Of a DNA stretch of 64,000 nucleotides, positions 35,350 to 48,245 are shown one piece after another. Every line of letters begins with the position of its first letter. The first letter of the stretch is position 1. Source of the stretch: Fistulifera solaris. Its lineage: Eukaryota. The stretch spans positions 1,116,001 through 1,180,000 of the forward strand of contig AP026123.1 in NCBI GenBank assembly GCA_030295235.1, read 5' to 3'. The notes beneath the pieces were generated by a model that searched no databases, was not told the DNA's origin, and saw nothing but the letters and a program-made list of their open reading frames with translations. A program made the position numbers and the translations under genes.

Positions 35350-35601
35350 AGTGTTACTACATTGTATGCCATACTCTACGTCTTTCTAATAATCGAGTAC
35401 CGCTCCTGTTACTCTCATACAAGGAGTTAATTTATTAGTATTTTTTTTAATAAAAACAACATCCACATAGAATCGAATTACAATGCTTTTTAAGTCAAAT
35501 CCGTCCGCGCCGGCCGACACATACCTTAACTACTTCTTCGCACGACGCGCTTTCACGCAAATGAAACAATGAAGACAACGAGATTCCGTCAAAAGTAAAC
35601 C

Positions 35602-36505
35602 ATGGCGTTGCAATACGAATCGCACAATCAAGAGAGTCCTTTCGGACTATATGGACCGTTGAATGAGAAGCTTAACTTCTACCGGAGCAAGCTCGACACG
35701 TGGGTCGAACACCAGAAAGAATTAGCCGACAAAGTTGCTGCCGAACAGAAGAGGCGATTGCGAAGAAGCAAGCAGAGGTTGATCACCACGTTACATCGCT
35801 TCTTGCGCTAAATATCGACGAGAATCTATATGTTGACGGCAAAGAGAATGTGCATGATGTGCAGGGACGAGTTGAGAACGAACAACAGCGCGTGGAAACT
35901 CTTCAAAAGCAGCTCGACGGCAAGAAACAAGAGCTAGAAGGTACGTCATACATGCGAATCAAGCCCAGCTTCTTTTCAAGCCCTTTCTAATTCTTTTCCC
36001 ATTTGCAGAGCTGCGAAAAGAGTACAACGAGTTTAAAGAGCGAGCGGTCGAAGTTCGGCGACAAAAACAGGAGACGGAAATGTCCAAAGAAACAACGATC
36101 GACGATCTCACTCGAGGAATTATCAACTACAAATATCTCGGTTTGGACTTTGAGCGGGTCCCAGATGATAAGCTACGGTAAGTCGCTTTCTGAATCGCTT
36201 TCGGTATCTTAGCAAGGTTTTTCTCACCCGCGACAATCTTCAGGTTTTGCTTCACCCAGTTGGATCCCAGCAACCCTTCGCGTAAATTTTGGTTCGAGAT
36301 GGATGTTACAGAGCTAGATTGTTCGATTCCAAATTGTGAGCCTCCCATTCGATCAGAGACGAGAGAACAGTTGGTTCAGGCATTCAACAAGAATGAGGAT
36401 ATGCAGGAGTTTGTGCTAGGCATGCGACGTGCTTTCCTGGAAGTATTGGCGGATCAAGTCCATACTCCACCAACGACCAAGCAAAATCTGTCTATCCTGT
36501 CGTAA
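35602..36505 (+). CDS. SPC25: Kinetochore protein Spc25; introns 35941-36008 and 36178-36243; frameshift near 35748
   Basis: Coiled coil, then YKYLGLDFE....KLRFCFTQLDP.NP.R.F.F...C.PP....N...F...MRRAF. Confidence 0.85.
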
Positions 36506-36597
36506 CATGGTGAATCACTATTACTTTAGTTTAAGTACTTGCACTTAGAGCTCTTTTTAAGATGATGTAGTTGGTTTTTTGCTAAACATTTGAAAAG

Positions 36598-37714
36598 TTA
36601 AGCAAGAAGTTCTTCGAGCGATGGCATTCCATCGCCACGGAAATCGTTGATCAACGAAGAATACTTCTTCTTTATCTGTTCATCAGTCAACAAGCCATCC
36701 AACAGTGCATCGAACGAGGGAGCACCTGCATGAACCAACTCGGCGGGGGGATCAGGTAGATCTTTCAATGCTTTTGCCAGTCCTTCTTCTTGATTCAATT
36801 CGAAAGTGACACCATCCGTCGCCGCCCCCTTCAATAGCGTAGCAACCGTAACTAAGGCAACGTCCTCTCGAGAAATTTCAGAAGCGTAGACATCACCTTG
36901 AGACACGTGAACCTTGGCGGAGCCTACCGATTTTTGTCGTTGAGACCTCCCGGTCGAACGACAGCGTAACTCCTGGATCCGGCCGAAGCATACAAATCTC
37001 TCATCGCAGCCTCTCCGGCAATTTTGCTGTCCATAATGCGGTCACCATAAACAAACTTTACAAAGTAGTTGGTAGCCTTAAAGCCCAGACTGTCGGGACG
37101 AGTTGCAGTAGCGGCACTGACTACGACGAGTTTGGAGACTTTCTGGTCGAGGCACGCTTTGGCGGCGTTGTACACGCCCAAATAATCGACAGCAACAGGC
37201 TCACCTCCTTTCTTTTTACCACTGGCAGATGCTGCAAAAATAACTCCAGAAGCTCCCTTTACTGAGTTTTCCAAGCTTTCAAGCTGCGTCACGTCAGCTT
37301 GTGCGTACGACACGAAGGGGCTCTCCTTCTCCAAGATTGACCGACCGGAACGAGTTGTTGCTCGCACGTAGAGACCCTTATTCGCCAGAATTTCGGTGCA
37401 CAACTTGCCGACTTTTCCACCAGCACCGAGAACAACAATAGGAGAATCGGGACTGGAACCAATTCCTCCCTCAGCGGCGTTTGCAACTTGGGAGAACATC
37501 ATGGACGCCGTTACACCAACAATTGCCTGAGAAAAAGGTCACGTCGACTGATGGCATCGGAACTAGCATCAGCTTGCATGAATGGCTCAAATGCGCGCGC
37601 AGCAGGCTCGTGTGAAAAAAGTGCTCTGGTATTTCTGGAAGAAGTGACAGGCCGAACCGTGTATCCTGTCACCAGAGGAGCCAGAAGTAACAAAGACGAC
37701 AAACAAAGCTTCAT
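36598..37714 (-). CDS. NAD(P)-binding Rossmann protein (atypical SDR/TIC62-like), plastid-type leader, two frameshifts
   Basis: VVLGAGGKVG, VDYLG..N, VVRPGGL, ISREDVA; leader with ISRRDLF and ANA-A. Confidence 0.85.
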
Positions 37715-38822
37715 ATTGAACTTAAATTGCGGTGCAACGCCAGGTGATTGGTGAATGAGCTACAATACCAGGTATCTTTGTGAAACGGAAGACGAGCACC
37801 GAGTACTGACGAAATGAACGACACGGCATCGAAATGATTAGCGATCATCGTCATCGTCTGCAGCACACAAAAACGAAAGCTTTTATTGCAACCTCGCTGA
37901 TGTCATCTTTCAAGTAGTATAGCATTTTGTGTACAATGGCATTGGGTCCCGGAAAAGATTTGTCTCATTTAGTCACGAACTCTAAAGAGGGTCCAGTCTG
38001 TCCGTGCACCCTGGAAAGAAATTGTGCAAACACACTGCGACATTTAATGCCGTTTTGGTACCGCTACGAGGATATAGTACTATTCATAGTTACACTAGTT
38101 TTCTCCTACTAATTAGCCTACTGTATAAGCAAGACACAAAAATGCAAGGTATTTGCACACATGCACACACAAAAAAAATGATTTCGGCCCATTTCCTGTC
38201 ATGGAGCCACCTTTGAAAGATTCCTTCACGGTTCTTGCTATTTCTTTCGTGATTACTATCATTCGTTTACATATGAAGATAAGGGTGTATAAAAGGCGCA
38301 AAAGGTGCTTCAAGTCTTCTTTTTACTGATTATATTATGACGTTTTGTCGTCGACAATCGTCGAGTGAGGGTCCGTGCACGTCACATTTCTCGCGCATTC
38401 CAGCCATTAACTAGCATTAGGCATCCTTCAACTTCATTTCTGACAAGGTCTTCGGCCTTAGACTTACTAGCGGACTAGAAGTGCTGAACGATTATCATTT
38501 TCTTGGCATTCATCTTTCCATGCAGGGCAAAACTGCCTAAACGACGCCAGCCGTCAAATAATTGACCTAACATGCTCCAACCCCCAGGCGCAGAAACAAT
38601 GGCCTCGCTCGAGTGGAAAGTCAGCGGTAGCGCTTAAGCAGAGTGGCAGTGACTGTCGGTTGGAGAGAACGTTTCACGATGAGCATTCACAATGAAGTGG
38701 GCTAGTTTCTCAGGTCGCTCTGTCTTTGAACTATCAAATGATACTTTACTTTTTTATTTTAAGAAATAACAGCTGCAGACGGAATTGTCCGCAGATTTAA
38801 GTTGGCGATCTTTGTTTCGATT

Positions 38823-41800
38823 CTAAGGGCATGGTCGATCTCCGCAGCAATTACATTCGATGTTACATCCCACAATCAATTCTTCGAGCTTTCCCAAACC
38901 GGTGCCACGCCTGCTGCATAAAGCCACGGATACCTCACCGCTCAAAAGAGGATTATTCTCTAGGTTAAGCAACTCTGAAATTGCAAAAAGTTAGGAAGGT
39001 CTGAAAACTAGTGTCGAATCTTGCCGATGCACGTACCCAATGTCTTTAGATCATCAAAACCAGCTGGGACAACTCCAGAAAAGTTATTGCCGTCTAAGCT
39101 AAGTTCCATGAGGGTTGCATTCAGCCCGCGGAAATCTTCTGACAATTCACCCCCAAATTTAGCGTTCGATAAGTGAAGCTCGCTGAGGGCAGGGAGACTG
39201 AAGAGTTCATTAGGTAGTTCTCCCGACATGCTAGTATTCCCCAGATTCAAGACGCGGAGGTTGGTCATCAATGATATGCTGCTCGGTATGCTGCCTTCAA
39301 TATTGTTACCGCCGAGCTGTAGTTCTTGTAAGTTTCCATTGTAAATCGTCGTGGGGATTGCGCCAGAAAATTCGTTATTCTGCAAATTCAGGATTTCTGT
39401 CACAAACCAAATTGTCAGAGCATATAAGACTGGCGAGATATCACGAGTCCAGTGACCTTACCTAATTCGGAAGCAAGCCCCATTTCAGATGGAATCTGAC
39501 CAGAAAGTCCGTTTCCTTCCAGCACAAGCGTTGTTAAGTTGTCGAGTTGGGCGAAGGAAGTAGGTAAGCTGCCTTTAATGCCATTACGAGCCAGGTTCAA
39601 TAATGCTAAATTTGGATGGGCATCAACGGCGAGTTCAGAGATGTCACCCGCGAAAGCGTTACCTTCCAAATTCAAACTTTCAAGTTTCCCGAGAGGTGAA
39701 AACACAGACAATACGCCGCTGGTCTTATAGTTCCTTGGCAAATGAAACAACTTGAGATCAGAGAGTTTCCCGATCTCGGCTGGTAAACGAGAGTTTAGCA
39801 CGAAAATGTCATCAGGGCCAAAGAAACCTTGCTCAAACTCCCTTTCGGCTTGTTCTGGTTATCACGAAGGTTGAGATTGACAGGTAAAATGAGACACATA
39901 AATACATTATTCCAGAAACTTACCGAAATTCAACTCCTCGATTATACCCTCGTCATTGCATCCAACGGCCGCCCAGTCACATTCGTCAGTTGCCGAAAGC
40001 CATGATTGTTCATCTGCATAACACGTTTTCTGGATATTGCACTGCTTCCAAGAGTCGCCATCCATAGCAAAGTAAAACACAGCAAGAATGTATCGTTGAA
40101 AGAGTTTGGTTTCATTATCCTCCTGAATTTCATAGTCATCCGTTGAAGCTATCCACTTAGCAGCCTTATTCTGCACAGATTCACGATTTTGGAGTACTGA
40201 AATATCGGTAATGGCAGATAAGCGTTCAAGCAGCAAAGGGAATGAGGCGCTGGTGGGCGCAGCAGTCGGAGCAGGAGTTGGAGGATCGGTTGCAATGGTC
40301 TCTGCATCGCCATTGTTTGAAAGGAGGACCGCCGGAACGACAGCAGCTATGACAACTAAGACCAAAAGGGCTGCACCATAACATACGAGCCTTTTGATGC
40401 TTCGACGTTCCCACTCCTCGTTAACTTCATCTTTTCCTGAAATAACCGCTACCCCAGTCGCATCAACGACTGTCTCAGCGAAAAAAGGCACACCTGGGTT
40501 GGCAAGCGCCGGTTGTTCTGGATCAGGGTCATTTCTTGCAGGATTCGGTCCCGAAATCTCTTCCGAGATAGGTGAGGGTGGCGCGTCAACACCTAGATGA
40601 TCGGGCTCGGAAGCATAATCCCCGTAACTGATTTCGGGTTTCCAGTCGTTCTCTGAAGATATTGCTTGAAAGTCAAGAGACGGTACTGCCCGATCTGCGC
40701 TTGTCACCTCAACAGACTGAGTCTTGCTCAAGAGATCTGTCATCGTCGACGAAGGACCCTGAAACTGCATACCCTTACCCGACGCCAGGCCTTGAGCATT
40801 TCCTTGTTCATAGCTCAAACCTTGACGTTCTGGTGCATGTTTACGAACTAAATCTTGCTCGAGCTGTTGCAAAGAGGTGGACATACCGACCGCGATAGCA
40901 CCGGGCTTTGCTGCAACGGCTCCTCCCGCCTGTCGCTTTGTTGCTATGTCTTGCTCCAATGCTTGCAAAGTACTTCGACCACCAGCTCCAGCCTGCTTCG
41001 CGTTAATGTCACGCTCTAGCTGTTGCAACGGATTGGATGTGCCGACCGCGACAGCTCCGGGCATTGCGGCAGAGCTTGCACCCACTTGTCGCTTAGTAGC
41101 AATCTCTTGTTCTAATGATTGTAAAGTATTTCGCCCGACACTCGCCGCTTGCTTTACGTTTAAGTCACGTTCTAGCTGCTCTAGTGAGGTTGAGGGGCTG
41201 ACCGCGACGGCCCCGGGCTCGGCTGCAACATTTCCACCCGCCAGTCGCTTGGTCGCAATGTCTTGCTCTAACGCTTGCAAGGTGTTGCGCCCAACCGACG
41301 CGGCTTGCTTGACGTTCAAATCACGCTCTAGCTGTTCCAACGAAGAAGACGCACTAACTGCGACGGCTCCGGGTGTAGTAGCAAAGTTCGCCCCCGCTTG
41401 CCGCTTTGTAGCAATATCTTGTTCTAGCGCCTGCAAGGGAGTTTCGCCCAGCACTGCCTGCCTGCTTGGCGTTGATGTCGCGCTCTAGCTGTTCCAACGA
41501 AGTCGACGCGCTCACCGAGACGGCCCCCGGTTGCGTAGCGCGACTGGAAACCGGCTGCTTGCCATTCGAAGTGCGATCCGAACCGCCCACACTGACAGCA
41601 CCCGGCATGGTAGCCGCCGTCGTCGGTCGATTCTGTTGCTTCGAAACTATCTCTTGCTCCAACTTCTGGACCTTTTCGAGTTGTGTACCCGCAGAGGTAG
41701 TTTCTCTTGCGTTAGCAGATTGACTTTGAGACGGGGAGGTCGAGTCCTGTCCAGCCAAAGCGCTGTCGTCGGATTTCGCTTCGTCGGCGTTCGCTCGACC

Positions 41801-41845
41801 TTGCGTCTTCTCCTTCTCATCTGACTTCTCGTTGTTGGGATTCAT
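38823..41845 (-). CDS. Diatom-type membrane LRR protein: N-terminal 52-aa repeats, TM helix, conserved QRY.LA domain, plant-like LRRs, Cys-rich end; several introns and a frameshift near 41437
   Basis: PGAVAV repeats; TM YGAALLVLVVIAAVVPAVLL; SVQNKAAKWI...FQRYILAVFYF...W; LxxLxLxxNxLxGxIP repeats; terminal CNIECNCC. Confidence 0.88.
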
Positions 41846-42464
41846 CTTTGCGCAATCTTAAAGATTTGATCTTCTTCGAGGTGCTTCTGATGTTCCTCTC
41901 GGTTTATTTTGATGCTCTTAATGAAGAACGAAAGCAGAATGCTACCTGGTAAGAGGACGACAATAATTGTGCTTCTGTTGTGTGTTTGTGACTGTGATGC
42001 TTGACGCGATGGTCACAAGAAAAATGCAACATGTGAAAAATTTCGGCGCGGCGATTTCCCACTCCTTCTTATTGTACCGAGTGCCGAATTATGCCCTACA
42101 TTCGACTATAAGAAGTCTAATGACCTCCATGGATTATGAGTCCAAATGTACTAATTTATTCGCATTCTCCACACTCTTCTTCTCACTCCTTCTTTACAAC
42201 TGCAAAAGATCACTCACATTTCAGTCCTGGTTCATTGAACGTAGAATTTAGCTCGTGACTCACAGCACCCAAAAAAAATATGATCATGACTCGACGACGT
42301 GACTGAAACGCAAACAGAGTCATTTTTTATTTTGCTCGGTGCGTAGGTCTAGACCTAGTTCGTTCATTACCAGGTATTTTCCCAAACTGCCGAGCTGTCG
42401 ACCCTTCACTTACCGTTCTGGTTAATTTTTATTTAAACGAAGAACTTTGCTAACCGGGTGAAGG

Positions 42465-43703
42465 ATGTTTCGACGGGCGCTGGCGTCCCGAAGCACGGAC
42501 CAGCACCACAGCATTGTTGCTGAGGGTAACACATCACCTCGACAACTGCGTCGACGACGTCCACGAAAGGTTGTATGCATTGGCGGAAGAAACGAGATAG
42601 TATCTTACAGATCTTTATTTCTGCTCGTGCTGTTTCTTGTGTCGCTTTGCTGGCTTATAAGAAGCCGAATTATTGGAAATCATTGGTCGACTGAACAGCT
42701 TGAAGAGATTTACTTGGCGTCCCTCTCGCAGATAGACTTGGAAAAATACACTATACGGATCAATACTTGGAAACGACTCGAGACATTGCAAATATCCCTG
42801 GATCATCACCTCTCGTGCCCGAATGTCGCACAAATACAAATCATTTGGTGCGCAGCTCAAGGGCCCCCACCGGATTGGTTATTGTCCATGGAAGATGTTG
42901 TTGTAGAACTACACGAAGAAAATACACTCAATGAGCGATTCCGCGTCTTGCGACCGGCCCCCACGAAGGGAATTTTGAGTTTGGATGACGATATTTTGCG
43001 TCCTTGTATTGCGTATGACTGGGCTTTTGCCAAATGGGCTCAGCATCCGTCAAGAATGGTCGGCTTCGACGCTCGATCGCACGAGATTGCGGATGACGGT
43101 CGATGGAAATATGCGTACATGAGTACCACCGAAAAGACGAACAAGTATTCCTTGACCTTGACGAGGTGTTGTTTCGTTCATGTTGACTATCTCAACTGGT
43201 ACATAGAAAATCCATTCTTTGCACCAATACGAAACATGGTTGCCGATTATAAGAACTGTGAAGACATTGCTTTGTCTTTGTTGGTGTCCAGTCAAACGGA
43301 TGGAAAGCCTCCTTTGTTGGCAGATCTTTGGGCCGTCAAAAGTATGATCAAGCTTGACAATAACCAGGGCAAAATTTCGGCAGGCAAAGATCACAAGAGC
43401 TTACGAGACAAGTGCGTTGATACATTTGCTCAGCAGCTTGGGCTCAAGAATAAGCTCGAGCTGGCAAAACTGAGACACAGCTCTCTTTTCGAGTACGGCG
43501 ATCCGGTACACTGGCAAGCTGCAGTTTACTGGAACGACACGAGTCAACGCATCAAACGATGGAAGGAAGACGCTAAATTGTTAAAATCGGAGCTTATGGA
43601 TCTTCGCGCCGAAACCGCGGTAGCCGCATACGAGGCTGGCTTGGTCGAAGGCAGCGATCCTTGGAAGAGACGCTTCCATGGTCTGAACTCAAGTATCTCA
43701 TAG
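42465..43703 (+). CDS. GT64 (exostosin C-terminal/EXTL2-like) glycosyltransferase, type II membrane protein
   Basis: N-terminal TM; LNERF, ILSLDDD, VGFDARSH, YSLTLT, NCEDIALS. Confidence 0.92.
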   Translation: MFRRALASRSTDQHHSIVAEGNTSPRQLRRRRPRKVVCIGGRNEIVSYRSLFLLVLFLVSLCWLIRSRIIGNHWSTEQLEEIYLASLSQIDLEKYTIRINTWKRLETLQISLDHHLSCPNVAQIQIIWCAAQGPPPDWLLSMEDVVVELHEENTLNERFRVLRPAPTKGILSLDDDILRPCIAYDWAFAKWAQHPSRMVGFDARSHEIADDGRWKYAYMSTTEKTNKYSLTLTRCCFVHVDYLNWYIENPFFAPIRNMVADYKNCEDIALSLLVSSQTDGKPPLLADLWAVKSMIKLDNNQGKISAGKDHKSLRDKCVDTFAQQLGLKNKLELAKLRHSSLFEYGDPVHWQAAVYWNDTSQRIKRWKEDAKLLKSELMDLRAETAVAAYEAGLVEGSDPWKRRFHGLNSSIS

Positions 43704-44431
43704 TTTACGCGTGAGCGGTGCAGGAAGTCGTAGAATGTGTTCTGACGGGCTGATTCCGCCCAATGACCGATGGTTTAGGGTGTATCTAACACCTCTCAAA
43801 GATTTAGCTCGGACGACTTTGAGGACTGGGCCTCGTTGTCAGTCGAGTTTGACAGAATCTGGTAACCTAAAAATTTCAAATAGGCAACGATTCAGCAAGC
43901 TCACGACGAACGTGTGCTTTGTCATATGATTTTGTAGAGATTCTTCAGAGAGAACCATAAAACTCAGTTAATTTGTTTTGTTTTGTTTTAATAACGTTGA
44001 CTGCGACCTGCAGCTCGCTTAAGAATGCACTATAGCCCCGAAGTGTAGACGACATTCCACACGACTGGATTTCAAGTCATGAGATGTTGCACTTTTGTTT
44101 ATTGTTTATTCATTTTGTGGCAAATAAACGAACCACTTCATTGTTGTGATGAAAGAAGAAGACGTAGTCTATGCTTCTTGCAACTAATAAGTTTAGCATC
44201 GGGATCACTCTTTCGAATAAGCTGAAACAAACTATAACGGGGAGTCGACTGACGTACCAAAACAGACTGGCTCTCGACCACGTTTTTTTTTTTGTTGCTG
44301 CGCTCTGCGCAAAGTAAAGTTAGTTATTGTTGCAGTTGAGCGACAGCTTTAGAGCATACCCTCACCAAGGGAAACATAGACGAAACGCAGCAGAACTTAC
44401 CTAACCGAAGAAGCAACAAAAGAGATTGAAA

Positions 44432-45018
44432 ATGGCCCGAGGAAAATTCAACAAACGAGCCGGAGGTCCGCGTTTGGACGCAGTGAACGCGGAGGAGATT
44501 GAAATTCGCAATGCGCGGATGGAGGAACTCGAAGAGCAAAGAGCTAGTCGACGTGCGGAAGAAGACGAAGACGATGAAGAAGGTGGTGACGAGAAAGAAA
44601 AGAAAGAAGAAGATGAAGCACCACAGCAAACTGAAAGAAAGAAAAAGGACGGCGCCCCTGCGGGTCCTGTGGCTCCAGTGACAACAGAAGCGGACCACAA
44701 AGGAACCTGGCGAAGCTGGCGGAAGTTCGCAGACGTCGCGAGGAAGCAGAATTGAAGAGAAAGCAAGAAGAGCAACTAGAGAAGGAACTTGAAGAAGAGC
44801 GAAAGAGACTTGCTGAGCTTGCTACAAAAGGTGATGACGACGATGGTGGTAAAAAGTCCAAATCGTCGAAGAAAACCATTCCCAAACTGGATAAGATTGC
44901 TATCAAAAAGATGAAACCAGCGCAAATGAAAGAAGCTATGAAGGAACGGGGTTTGGATATTCAAGGAAACGCGAAAGAGTTGTTACAAAGGCTCTTGGAT
45001 TACGAAGCCAACCGTTAG
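44432..45018 (+). CDS. PDAP1/PP28-like acidic-basic protein with C-terminal SAP domain; A missing near 44700
   Basis: MARGK..., (R)NLAKLAEVRRRREEA, SAP MKPAQMKEAMKERGLDIQGNAKELLQRLL. Confidence 0.8.
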
Positions 45019-45112
45019 TAAAATTGAAAACATCGGATGTAGTAAATTCAATTACATTCAGAATTTAGGGCGATTGATCCTTACAACCAAACAACTATTT
45101 ATTGTTATTCTT

Positions 45113-46297
45113 TTATACTACGCACATTGCATATTCGTTTTCTTCACCTTCCAAAGCTACTAATCGATCTCCCATAATTTCCTCCAGCTCGGGTCGACTA
45201 AGTCTTGCCGCTTTTTCCTCTAGCGTAACCTTGCGAAGAAACGTACTAAGTGCATCTAAACTGGCCTGTTGCACCATAAGTAAATCCTCTGAGACGCTCT
45301 CCAACAAGCACTTCTCCCAATCATCCCAAGAATCCAATATGGTAGGCAGCAAGAGTGCATCAATCACTCTTACACCAAACAGAGTGATCGCGACAATTCC
45401 GCCAAATTGGCTGGCCCAGACTTTCGGATCGCTGGAAGGCTGTTGCACGGCCTGCCACAAAGCTCTCAGAACGCGCGGCTTCAAGTTGATGTATTCCGTC
45501 CCGAACTGTTGACATGCTTGAAACAACGCGTGAGCTGCTTCGGGACGTATTTTACGGTTCGGTAACTGCTTAGCGACAATACACGTGACTAAAGCAGGTA
45601 GGAGTTCGTGTAGATGCGATTCCAAGTGCAGATGCGGATTCGAAAGCAGAGCGGCAGCTAGCCGAATGGGTGCCTGAGCCATGGTGCGGTACAGCTCCTG
45701 TTGACAATATCGAACCAAGAACGGGACGAGTTCTTGCAACCCAGTATCAGTCGCGACTGACTGTAAAACAGAATCCTGTTGTTGCTGCGAAGCAGGTTGC
45801 TCCATGGCGGCCGTAACCCGGTGGAAGTAAAGCTGAAGCTCTTCGGACAAGAGACTACTTTGCAACTGATGAACTTGCAACAGTTGGGTCGTGGAGGCAG
45901 TCGTTTCCGGTAGCGGCGTGGCTGTCGAAGCTGCGCTCTGATTCGACTTAGGAGCATTCGTCATTTTTCCGTCCACGGCTAGCCACTGCACATGAGCACT
46001 GATTTCGTTGGGCGGTGCCGGCATGGTATCTTGTTGACGCAAAAAGTCAGCTAAGTTGACGCTACGCTGAGGGTCGTCGAGCTCGGGAAGAGTAACTGCG
46101 TACAACCGTTCCTGCCCTTGTAGTTGCAACGCCATATTGATATCGCTGGCGTGTAAGCGATACCTCACATCGGCTCCGTTATGCAAGCGAGCGCGCTTCG
46201 TGTGACGTTGAACGACAATAGCATCACGGACCGTCGTGGAAATATGTTCTTTTACTAGGTCAAGCAAAACCTGACGGGCTTGAGGTTGCATCGACAT
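45113..46297 (-). CDS. TAF6: TFIID subunit TAF6 (5' end may extend upstream)
   Basis: Histone-fold remnant ..SDINMAL; LSEELQLYF, DTGLQELVPF, NPHLHLE.HLHELLPALVTCIV. Confidence 0.9.
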   Translation of the reverse strand: MSMQPQARQVLLDLVKEHISTTVRDAIVVQRHTKRARLHNGADVRYRLHASDINMALQLQGQERLYAVTLPELDDPQRSVNLADFLRQQDTMPAPPNEISAHVQWLAVDGKMTNAPKSNQSAASTATPLPETTASTTQLLQVHQLQSSLLSEELQLYFHRVTAAMEQPASQQQQDSVLQSVATDTGLQELVPFLVRYCQQELYRTMAQAPIRLAAALLSNPHLHLESHLHELLPALVTCIVAKQLPNRKIRPEAAHALFQACQQFGTEYINLKPRVLRALWQAVQQPSSDPKVWASQFGGIVAITLFGVRVIDALLLPTILDSWDDWEKCLLESVSEDLLMVQQASLDALSTFLRKVTLEEKAARLSRPELEEIMGDRLVALEGEENEYAMCVV

Positions 46298-47084
46298 ATC
46301 TAACCTTCAAAGATAAGTGTTTAATATTGATAAGATTCCAATGCAATCAAATACAAGTTTCTGCTTTGAAACGGCAGTGAAGGCAAGCTTATTATTTCTA
46401 CCTGGTTGCTGCGCATTTTGGGGTGGAAATAAAGGCGCTACACGCTAAAGTACTTTGTACTATGGACGCAATTGTAGGTTCTAGGTTATCAAGATATCAA
46501 GACTCCTCTAATTCAGTATATCCGAGCCAGATTGTTACCTAATTTTCGTTCTTTCGCAAGCTTGTTGACCCTCACTTGGGTTGATCATCATTTTATTATT
46601 GTTAGCGGCATTGGCAATGCACGCATCAGTCCATTTGTCGCAAAGCAGTGGAGATGGTCGTCTTCCATTTTTTACTATAGACCAAATTGTTAGTTTACAT
46701 CAACCAAGACTGCAATTAGTCATGAGTTACTAACTAGGTCTGCGCTGTAATCTATTACTGGTACATAGTTCATAGTTTGTCAATATATTTTCAAAACTAT
46801 ATTTGCACTTTTAGTCTGGGAGAGAAGAACGCGTATCCTTTTTACGTTGGGTATGATACCAAACATGGTTTAGTGAGCGTATAGGTGATGTATAAACTCA
46901 TGATTGCTAACACGGAACACGGACGACTTTTCGGTCACGAGCTTTTTCGATCCGTCGCGATGATGTTTTAGCCTCATTTACTTGTATTACAAGTATTTAT
47001 TTTTACTCTGCCTCCAGAAAAATAGATCCTACCAGTACGCTACCTCCGGATTTAAATACAAGCGATTCGCAGTACTCGTTGACG

Positions 47085-48209
47085 ATGACTATCATCTTCA
47101 TTATTCTTTCCTTGAGCAATTTGGTAAAAGCTTTCTCTTTCTCGACACACTCCCCCACGTTTCATCGTCGACCCACCGCTTTGCGGGTGACCGACGACCC
47201 CCAAAACATCGTAGTCATCGGATCAGGGGCGGTAGGAAGTTACTATGGCGCCCGTCTTTGGGAAGCAGGTCATAATGTAACCTTTCTGTTCCGGCCAGGG
47301 CCCAATTATGAAGCTGTGAAGCAACAAGGCTCCTTAATGGTGGGCTCCGTCTACGGGGATATCCAAGTACCTGCATCGGAGATCCGATTGCACGAAACAC
47401 AACAGTCACAATCTTCAGATATTGATTGGGTGATAGTCGCTTTCAAATCGACATCTCTCGAGAGCATCCCGTCGCTACTTTTGCCTTGGCTGAATCCGAC
47501 AAGGACACGAGTGCTTGTGATCATGAACGGGCTGATTGAAGACGATCTGATTGACTTGTTAAAGAAAGAAACAGGACAACAGGACAATGGCCCGCTACAG
47601 TGTTTAAAGACACTGTTTGGGGGGAATGGCTCTGGTATGTTCCAATCGAATCAAGCCCGCAACAGTTTATCATTCATACGCGGGTGCTTTGTCGGCGGGG
47701 ATCGCCAGTACGATAGCTGACCATAGCGATGAGGGAAAAGCGTTCCAGGAACTGTTTCATCATGTACCAGCTATTGACACAACATTTGAAGACTCCTTGC
47801 TTAGAGGGAGATGGAAGAAAATGGTGTGGAACTTACCCTTCAATGGTATCAGCGTCGCAATGGGGGCATTACGATTGATAAGGTCGTACAAGATCCTGGT
47901 CTCCGTCAGTTGGCAGAAAAAATCATGAACGAGACGAACGCTATTGCAAACGCTGATCTCGAATCTCGTGGCGAAACCTTTGAGCCTCTCGGTGAGTCGG
48001 AAAAGACGCAGATGATGACACTATCAGACGGTATGGGGCCATATAAAACATCCACTATGTTGGATTTTGTCAATCGGAGATCGATGGAAGTAAAATACAT
48101 TTTTCGAAAGCCGGCAGAGCGGGCGAAGGCCTTAGGAATCCCTGCACCATATCTTGAGACGATTGTCTCACAGATCGAAGCATTTCAACGTATGTATAAT
48201 CTTTACTAA
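47085..48209 (+). CDS. panE: 2-dehydropantoate 2-reductase (ApbA/PanE) with plastid-type leader; two G-run frameshifts
   Basis: VIGSGAVGSYYG, VAFKS, MNGL, RWKKMVWNLPFNG, YKTSTMLD....R.MEV. Confidence 0.9.
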
Positions 48210-48245
48210 GAAAATGACCTCATAACCATGTCATGCGTTATTTAT

